From the IMG/VR virus record IMGVR_UViG_2663763377_000009: a DNA stretch of 10,931 nucleotides. The stretch is one strand, 5' to 3'. The translations under genes and the position numbers were made by a program. This document shows positions 7,213 through 10,931 of the stretch, piece after piece (position 1 is the stretch's first letter; every line of letters starts with the position of its first letter). Under the pieces are notes generated by a model that had not been told where the DNA came from, made no database searches, and saw only the letters and a program-made list of their open reading frames with translations. This DNA comes from a virus. Lineage: Duplodnaviria > Heunggongvirae > Uroviricota > Caudoviricetes.

Positions 7213-7902
7213 CTACCCATGCTTCCTGTAGGTCTGCGGCATGCTCCCAATAACTTTCCCGAAGATAAACACCCGGTTCATCTCGTCTTTCTCAATTGGG
7301 TCCCACGGCGAGTAGCTCTTGTTATCAGAGATAACCAGTAGCTTATCCTTCATCATTTGCAGGCGCTTTACATGGGCTGTGTCGTCGTACAGAAACGCAT
7401 AGATACCATCACCGTCGAAAGATTTAACTGTGATATCAACGAACAGCAGATCACCTGGTTCGATCGTTCCTGACATGCTGTCACCACGCACGTTAATGAT
7501 GCGGATATTTTCCGCCTTCCTACCATCGAACATGTGACGAGCATCGTCAAACGAGTACTCAACCGAGCGTAGAACTTCTACAAACTCACGGTTGATGACT
7601 CCCGGCCCAGCACTGACTTCTATATCAAGAACGTCAATCTTAAAGTATTTGGAATGGCTGACAGTTGATAGTATTGGTTGCACTGTACTGTCTGACATAT
7701 TTCCAACGCCAGAAGATAACCATTCTGCGCGCACACCCAAAGCGTTCGCGATCTCCACGATTTTAGTTGTTTGGTTAGCTTTCCCTGTTTCGATTTTCTG
7801 AATAGCAGCTTGGCTAACCCCGACCAAATCCCCAAGCGCCTTTTGTGTAAGGCCTCGCGCTAATCTGGCTTCTTTAAGTCTTTCTGAGAGTGTTGTTTTC
7901 AT
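7213..7902 (-). CDS. cI-like prophage repressor, 229 aa: N-terminal HTH (XRE type) plus C-terminal S24 LexA-like autopeptidase domain
   Basis: HTH region LTQKALGDLVGVSQAAIQKIETGK; S24 signature GDSM ... VKRL (Ser/Lys dyad); divergent from a Cro-like gene across an operator region. Start set at 7902 because the 22-codon extension to 7968 would run through the PR promoter. Confidence 0.85.
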   Translation of the reverse strand: MKTTLSERLKEARLARGLTQKALGDLVGVSQAAIQKIETGKANQTTKIVEIANALGVRAEWLSSGVGNMSDSTVQPILSTVSHSKYFKIDVLDIEVSAGPGVINREFVEVLRSVEYSFDDARHMFDGRKAENIRIINVRGDSMSGTIEPGDLLFVDITVKSFDGDGIYAFLYDDTAHVKRLQMMKDKLLVISDNKSYSPWDPIEKDEMNRVFIFGKVIGSMPQTYRKHG

Positions 7903-7908
7903 AGTCCA

Positions 7909-7937
7909 AATGTACAACCAAGGTTTTATTCCATCAA
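7909..7937 (-). promoter_or_regulatory. Putative PRM (-35 TTGATG, 17-nt spacer, -10 TACATT on the minus strand), predicted start site at or beside the cI ATG (leaderless)
   Basis: Hexamers read from the sequence; the -10 ends 6 nt before the ATG at 7902, and there is no Shine-Dalgarno, mirroring lambda PRM/cI. Confidence 0.4.
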
Positions 7938-7943
7938 ACGAAA

Positions 7944-7979
7944 ATGGTTGTTGACTAAAAACAACCATAGTTTTAATCT
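7944..7979 (+). promoter_or_regulatory. PR promoter (-35 TTGACT 7951-7956, -10 TAATCT 7974-7979) overlapping a 9-bp-arm dyad operator ATGGTTGTT (gactaaa) AACAACCAT
   Basis: Inverted repeat 7944-7952 / 7960-7968 read directly; 17-nt spacer; GGAGG 5 nt before the ATG at 8007. Confidence 0.55.
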
Positions 7980-8006
7980 TGATTCAAATTAACCACGGAG
8001 GTTGTT

Positions 8007-8237
8007 ATGAACCCAGCTATCAAAACAGCGATCAATATCGTTGGTTCACAAAAGAAACTGGGCGCTGCCTGCGAAGTTTCACAGCAGGCCGTCTATAAGT
8101 GGCTTCACAACAAAGCAAAGGTATCCCCTGAACATGTCGGCAGCATTGTTACGGCTACTGGTGGAGTAGTGAAGGCATACCAGATTCGCCCGGATCTTCC
8201 GAAGTTGTTTCCACACACCGAAAAGAACGCAGCTTAA
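8007..8237 (+). CDS. Cro-like HTH regulator of the YdaS family (76 aa)
   Basis: Divergent from the repressor; motif AINIVGSQKKLGAACEVSQQAVYKWL ... ATGG resembles YdaS-type small HTH proteins of E. coli prophages. Confidence 0.8.
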   Translation: MNPAIKTAINIVGSQKKLGAACEVSQQAVYKWLHNKAKVSPEHVGSIVTATGGVVKAYQIRPDLPKLFPHTEKNAA

Positions 8238-8249
8238 ATTTCCATTTCA

Positions 8250-8262
8250 CGCTCTTTAACAA
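8250..8262 (+). promoter_or_regulatory. boxA element CGCTCTTTAACAA (nutR-like position between the cro and cII analogues)
   Basis: Matches the boxA consensus (rrn boxA GCTCTTTAACAA; lambda nut boxA CGCTCTTA...). No GC-rich boxB-like hairpin is evident directly downstream. Confidence 0.5.
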
Positions 8263-8306
8263 TAAGCAATCAACTTAACAGTCAATTCAAACTAAAGGAG
8301 TCAATT

Positions 8307-8846
8307 ATGCAACCACTTACATACCAACAGACTAGCGGATTTAGCCCGACTGCGGTGATAAATCGTTCTCAAACAAAACAGGTGCCAGGCCACGAAAAAA
8401 TCCGTGATGCCGTCCGCGCCTGGTCGGCTGAAGATAATCAGGATGTCGTTGCCACACTCATTGTGAATGAGTATCGGGAGCAGGGCGGCGGCGCCATCGA
8501 TTTCCCTGATGATGTCAGCCGTGCACGCCAGAAGCTGTTCCGCTTCCTCGATAACAAATTCGATTCTGAAAAATACCGAAATAACGTGCGTGAACTGACC
8601 CCGGCAATTCTGGCGGTACTACCGCTGGAATATCGCGGTTACCTGGTTGAGCAGGATAGCTTCATGGCTAGGTTGGCTGAAATGGAAAAGGAACTCAGTG
8701 AGGCAAAACAGGCTGTCATTCTCAACGCACCACGCCACCAGAAACTGAAGGAGATGAGTGAAGGTATTGTGTCGATGTTTCGTGTGGACCCGGATCTGGC
8801 TGGTCCATTGATGGCGATGGTTACCACCATGTTGGGGGCAATATGA
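8307..8846 (+). CDS. YdaT-family protein (179 aa), cII functional analogue candidate
   Basis: Motifs EYREQGGGAIDFP and LTPAILAVLPLEYRGYL resemble recalled YdaT of the Rac and CP-933P prophages; located where lambda has cII; AAGGAG 6 nt upstream. Confidence 0.7.
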   Translation: MQPLTYQQTSGFSPTAVINRSQTKQVPGHEKIRDAVRAWSAEDNQDVVATLIVNEYREQGGGAIDFPDDVSRARQKLFRFLDNKFDSEKYRNNVRELTPAILAVLPLEYRGYLVEQDSFMARLAEMEKELSEAKQAVILNAPRHQKLKEMSEGIVSMFRVDPDLAGPLMAMVTTMLGAI

Positions 8847-8932
8847 CAGGCTCAGAAATGGCGAAAGCCGGTCTGCGGGAACAGAGCCGACTTTCAGGTG
8901 CAAATCGTAACACACTCATTGCGGGAGGAATT

Positions 8933-9862
8933 ATGGCAAACACTGCTGAGATATTCAATTTTCCAGTGCCGGATGTGGCACAAAAGGAGCCGCGCGTGGC
9001 AGATCTCGATGATGGTTATACGCGCATTGCAAATGAGTTGCTGGAAGCTGTGATGCTGGCCGGATTAACACAGCACCAGCTTCTGGTCTTCCTGGCTGTC
9101 ATGCGCAAAACATATGGCTTTAATAAAAAACTGGATTGGGTGAGCAACGAGCAACTTTCCGAGTTGACCGGGATATTGCCGCACAAGTGTTCTGCTGCAA
9201 AAAGTGTTCTGGTAAAGCGTGGGATTTTTATTCAGAGCGGGCGGAATATCGGCATTAATAATGTGGTCAGTGAATGGTCAACATTACCCGAATCAGGTAA
9301 GAAAAATAAAGTTTACCTGAAAGAGGTAAATTTACCTGAATCAGGTAAGAAAAGTTTACCCAAATCAGGTAAAGACGTTTACCCGAATCAGGTAAACACA
9401 AAAGACAAACTAACAAAAGACAATATAAAACCTTTTTCGTCCGAGAATTCTGGCGAATCCTCTGACCAGCCAGAAAACGATCTTCCTGTGGTGAAACCGG
9501 ATGCTGCAATTCAGAGCGGCAGCAAGTGGGGGACAGCAGAAGACCTGACCGCCGCAGAGTGGATGTTTGACATGGTGAAGACCATCGCGCCATCAGCCAG
9601 AAAACCGAATTTTGCAGGGTGGGCCAACGACATCCGCCTGATGCGTGAGCGTGACGGGCGTAACCATCGCGACATGTGCGTTCTGTTCCGCTGGGCCTGC
9701 CAGGACAACTTCTGGTCCGGTAACGTGCTGAGTCCAGCAAAACTCCGCGACAAGTGGACTCAGCTCGAAATTAACCGCAACAAGCAACAGGCTGGTGTGA
9801 CTGCCAGCAAACCAAAACTCGACCTGACAAACACTGACTGGATTTACGGGGTGGAGCTATGA
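8933..9862 (+). CDS. O: Replication initiator protein O (309 aa from MANTAEIFNF...; an in-frame ATG at 8843 would add 30 codons)
   Basis: C-terminal half (ENSGESSDQPENDLPVVKPDAAIQSGSKWGTAEDLTAAEWMFDMVKTIAPSARKPNFAGWANDIRLMRERDGRNHRDMCVLFRWACQDNFWSGNVLSPAKLRDKWTQLEINRNKQQAGVTASKPKLDLTNTDWIYGVEL) matches recalled lambda O; GGGAGGAA RBS before 8933; contains the iteron array. Confidence 0.9.
   Translation: MANTAEIFNFPVPDVAQKEPRVADLDDGYTRIANELLEAVMLAGLTQHQLLVFLAVMRKTYGFNKKLDWVSNEQLSELTGILPHKCSAAKSVLVKRGIFIQSGRNIGINNVVSEWSTLPESGKKNKVYLKEVNLPESGKKSLPKSGKDVYPNQVNTKDKLTKDNIKPFSSENSGESSDQPENDLPVVKPDAAIQSGSKWGTAEDLTAAEWMFDMVKTIAPSARKPNFAGWANDIRLMRERDGRNHRDMCVLFRWACQDNFWSGNVLSPAKLRDKWTQLEINRNKQQAGVTASKPKLDLTNTDWIYGVEL
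9285..9440. repeat. Phage origin of replication: five ~18-19-bp iterons (consensus about TTTACCCGAATCAGGTAA) followed by an AT-rich segment
   Basis: Direct repeats at about 9285-9302, 9312-9330, 9332-9349, 9355-9374 and 9378-9397, then acaaaagacaaactaacaaaagacaatataaaacc; lies inside O, as in lambda. Confidence 0.8.
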
Positions 9863-10449
9863 AAAATATTGCCGCGCAGATGATTAACTTTGACCGTGAG
9901 CAGATGCGTCGAATCGCCAACAACATGCCGGAACAATACGACGAAAAGCCGCAGGTGCAGCAGGTGGCGCAGATCATCAACGGTGTGTTCAGCCAGCTGC
10001 TTGCGACATTTCCGGCAAGCCTCGCGAACCGCGACCAGAACGAGCTGAACGAAATCCGCCGTCAGTGGGTTATGGCTTTCCGTGAAAATGGAATTACCAC
10101 TATGGAGCAGGTTAACGCCGGAATGCGCGTGGCCCGCCGACAGGAGCGACCATTCCTGCCGTCGCCCGGCCAGTTCGTAGCGTGGTGTAAGCAGAGTGGC
10201 GGGGCGTTAGGTATCACTGTTGACCAAGTCATAACCGAATACTGGGATTGGCGTAATCGTTCCTTCGAATTCACTTCCAGCGAGCATTTCCCGTGGTCAC
10301 AGCCTGTCATGTACCACATCTGCGTCGAACTGCGCCACCGCAGCACAGAGCGCCAGTTAACGCATGGTGAGCTGGCGCGTGAAGCCGGCGATCTGCTGGA
10401 CATGTGGGAGAGGCGCGTCACCGAGGGCAAACCAGTACCGCCTGTATAG
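9859..10449 (+). CDS. P: Replication protein P homologue (196 aa), N-terminal ~110 aa lambda-like, C-terminal half divergent and apparently shorter than lambda P
   Basis: MKNIAAQMINFDREQMRRIANNMPEQYDEKPQVQQVAQIINGVFSQLLATFPASLANRDQNE... matches recalled lambda P up to about FVAWC; the rest aligns only loosely; start overlaps the O stop (ATGA). Confidence 0.8.
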   Translation: MKNIAAQMINFDREQMRRIANNMPEQYDEKPQVQQVAQIINGVFSQLLATFPASLANRDQNELNEIRRQWVMAFRENGITTMEQVNAGMRVARRQERPFLPSPGQFVAWCKQSGGALGITVDQVITEYWDWRNRSFEFTSSEHFPWSQPVMYHICVELRHRSTERQLTHGELAREAGDLLDMWERRVTEGKPVPPV

Positions 10450-10510
10450 TAAAATACTATATTATTTTCTATGTATCACATGCACAGCGATAAAACCGGA
10501 TAAATGATTT

Positions 10511-10542
10511 ACACTGTAAAGATCTATCTGTCTTTACAGTGT
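10511..10542. promoter_or_regulatory. Perfect 12-bp inverted repeat ACACTGTAAAGA (8-nt spacer) TCTTTACAGTGT, ~30 bp upstream of the hicA promoter
   Basis: Read directly; no U-tract follows on the plus strand, so an operator (for example for HicB) or a structural element is as likely as a terminator for P. Confidence 0.4.
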
Positions 10543-10570
10543 GGTTCAGAAGTCATGCGAATGAAATAAT

Positions 10571-10599
10571 TTGCTTTTGTGTGTATGCGTGTGTATAAT
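10571..10599 (+). promoter_or_regulatory. Strong sigma-70 promoter for hicAB (-35 TTGCTT, 17-nt spacer, TG-extended -10 TATAAT)
   Basis: Perfect TATAAT at 10594-10599 with TG at -15/-14; GGGAGG RBS at 10613-10618 before the hicA ATG. Confidence 0.6.
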
Positions 10600-10622
10600 T
10601 GTTTTCAGGTTAGGGAGGACAT

Positions 10623-10805
10623 ATGAAATCTGCTGACCTGTTGAAAGAACTGATAGCTGCTGGTTGCGAGTTGAAACGGCATAAGGCAAGCAGTCACCAG
10701 ATATGGTGGTCGCCAATAACAGGAAAAACTTTTCCTGTTCCTCATCCTAAAAAGGACTTGCCGCTAGGTACTGTCAGATCGATCAAAAAAATGGCGGGGA
10801 TTTAA
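10623..10805 (+). CDS. hicA: HicA-family toxin (mRNA interferase), 60 aa
   Basis: MKSADLLKELIAAGCELKRHKASSHQIWWSPITGKTFPVPHPKKDLPLGTVRSIKKMAGI fits the HicA/YcfA pattern (ELxRxKGSH ... VPxHxxKDLxxGTxxSIxKxAG). Confidence 0.85.
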   Translation: MKSADLLKELIAAGCELKRHKASSHQIWWSPITGKTFPVPHPKKDLPLGTVRSIKKMAGI

Positions 10806-10829
10806 TCCCCGCCGACTTTGGAGGTAGCC

Positions 10830-10931
10830 ATGTTCTTTTCTGTTGGTGTCGAAACACCGAAAGATGATCATACAGCATACGGTATCACTGTTCCGGTTTT
10901 TGATTGCTTTGATTTTGGATGTGTTTCTGCT
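10830..10931 (+). CDS. hicB: HicB-family antitoxin, 5-prime partial (runs off the window end)
   Basis: N-terminus MFFSVGVETPKDDHTAYGITVPVFDCFDFGC... fits the HicB N-terminal pattern (YxVxxE...GYxVxVPDLPGC); GGAGG 5 nt upstream; directly after hicA. Confidence 0.7.
   Translation, partial: MFFSVGVETPKDDHTAYGITVPVFDCFDFGCVSA

Noticed and set aside
7368-7835. ORFs 7368-7562 (-), 7592-7801 (+) and 7620-7835 (-) inside the repressor gene
   Set aside because: Alternative or antisense frames of a gene with clear HTH and S24 domains.
7903-7968. 22-codon N-terminal extension of the repressor (MVVFSQQPFSFDGIKPWLYIWT)
   Set aside because: It would be translated through the PR -35/operator region, and repressors of this family begin at the MKTTLSERL-type start.
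8843-8932. 30-codon N-terminal extension of O beginning at the ATGA overlap with the YdaT-like stop
   Set aside because: Similarity to lambda O begins at MANTAEIFNF, and a strong GGGAGGAA RBS precedes 8933; the extension cannot be fully excluded.
9285-9397. Tandem direct repeats that could be mistaken for a CRISPR array or a generic tandem repeat
   Set aside because: Repeats are ~18-19 bp and essentially contiguous with no unique spacers, lie inside the O gene and are followed by an AT-rich tract, which is the ori-lambda iteron architecture.
8619-10430. Minus-strand ORFs 8619-8915, 8639-8830, 9267-9740, 9511-9753, 9593-9787, 9771-9980 and 10062-10430
   Set aside because: Antisense to the YdaT-like, O and P genes, which are supported by homology and coupling; no independent signals.

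Overview
This window reads as the central early region of a lambda-like (lambdoid) prophage or phage from an enterobacterium, with the same gene order and strand layout as phage lambda. Minus strand, 1-5059: integrase, excisionase, five to eight small early-left genes, then the Red recombination genes exo, bet and gam and a 68-aa ORF. Around 5337-5365 is an inferred pL/OL. The immunity region follows: a cI-like LexA-type repressor (7213-7902) and, co-oriented with it, an AT-rich two-gene cassette (340-aa soluble protein plus 168-aa four-helix membrane protein, 5540-7090) in exactly the position lambda uses for rexA-rexB. I cannot assign this cassette to any family I know, and it is my best candidate for an undescribed phage-exclusion or abortive-infection module. 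Plus strand, 7945-10931: OR/PR, a YdaS-like Cro analogue, a consensus boxA, a YdaT-like cII analogue, replication genes O (with internal ori iterons) and a P homologue that appears C-terminally short, then a hicA-hicB toxin-antitoxin pair with its own strong promoter. No N antiterminator gene is visible. All homology statements rest on reading the translations and recalling known proteins; no database search was run.
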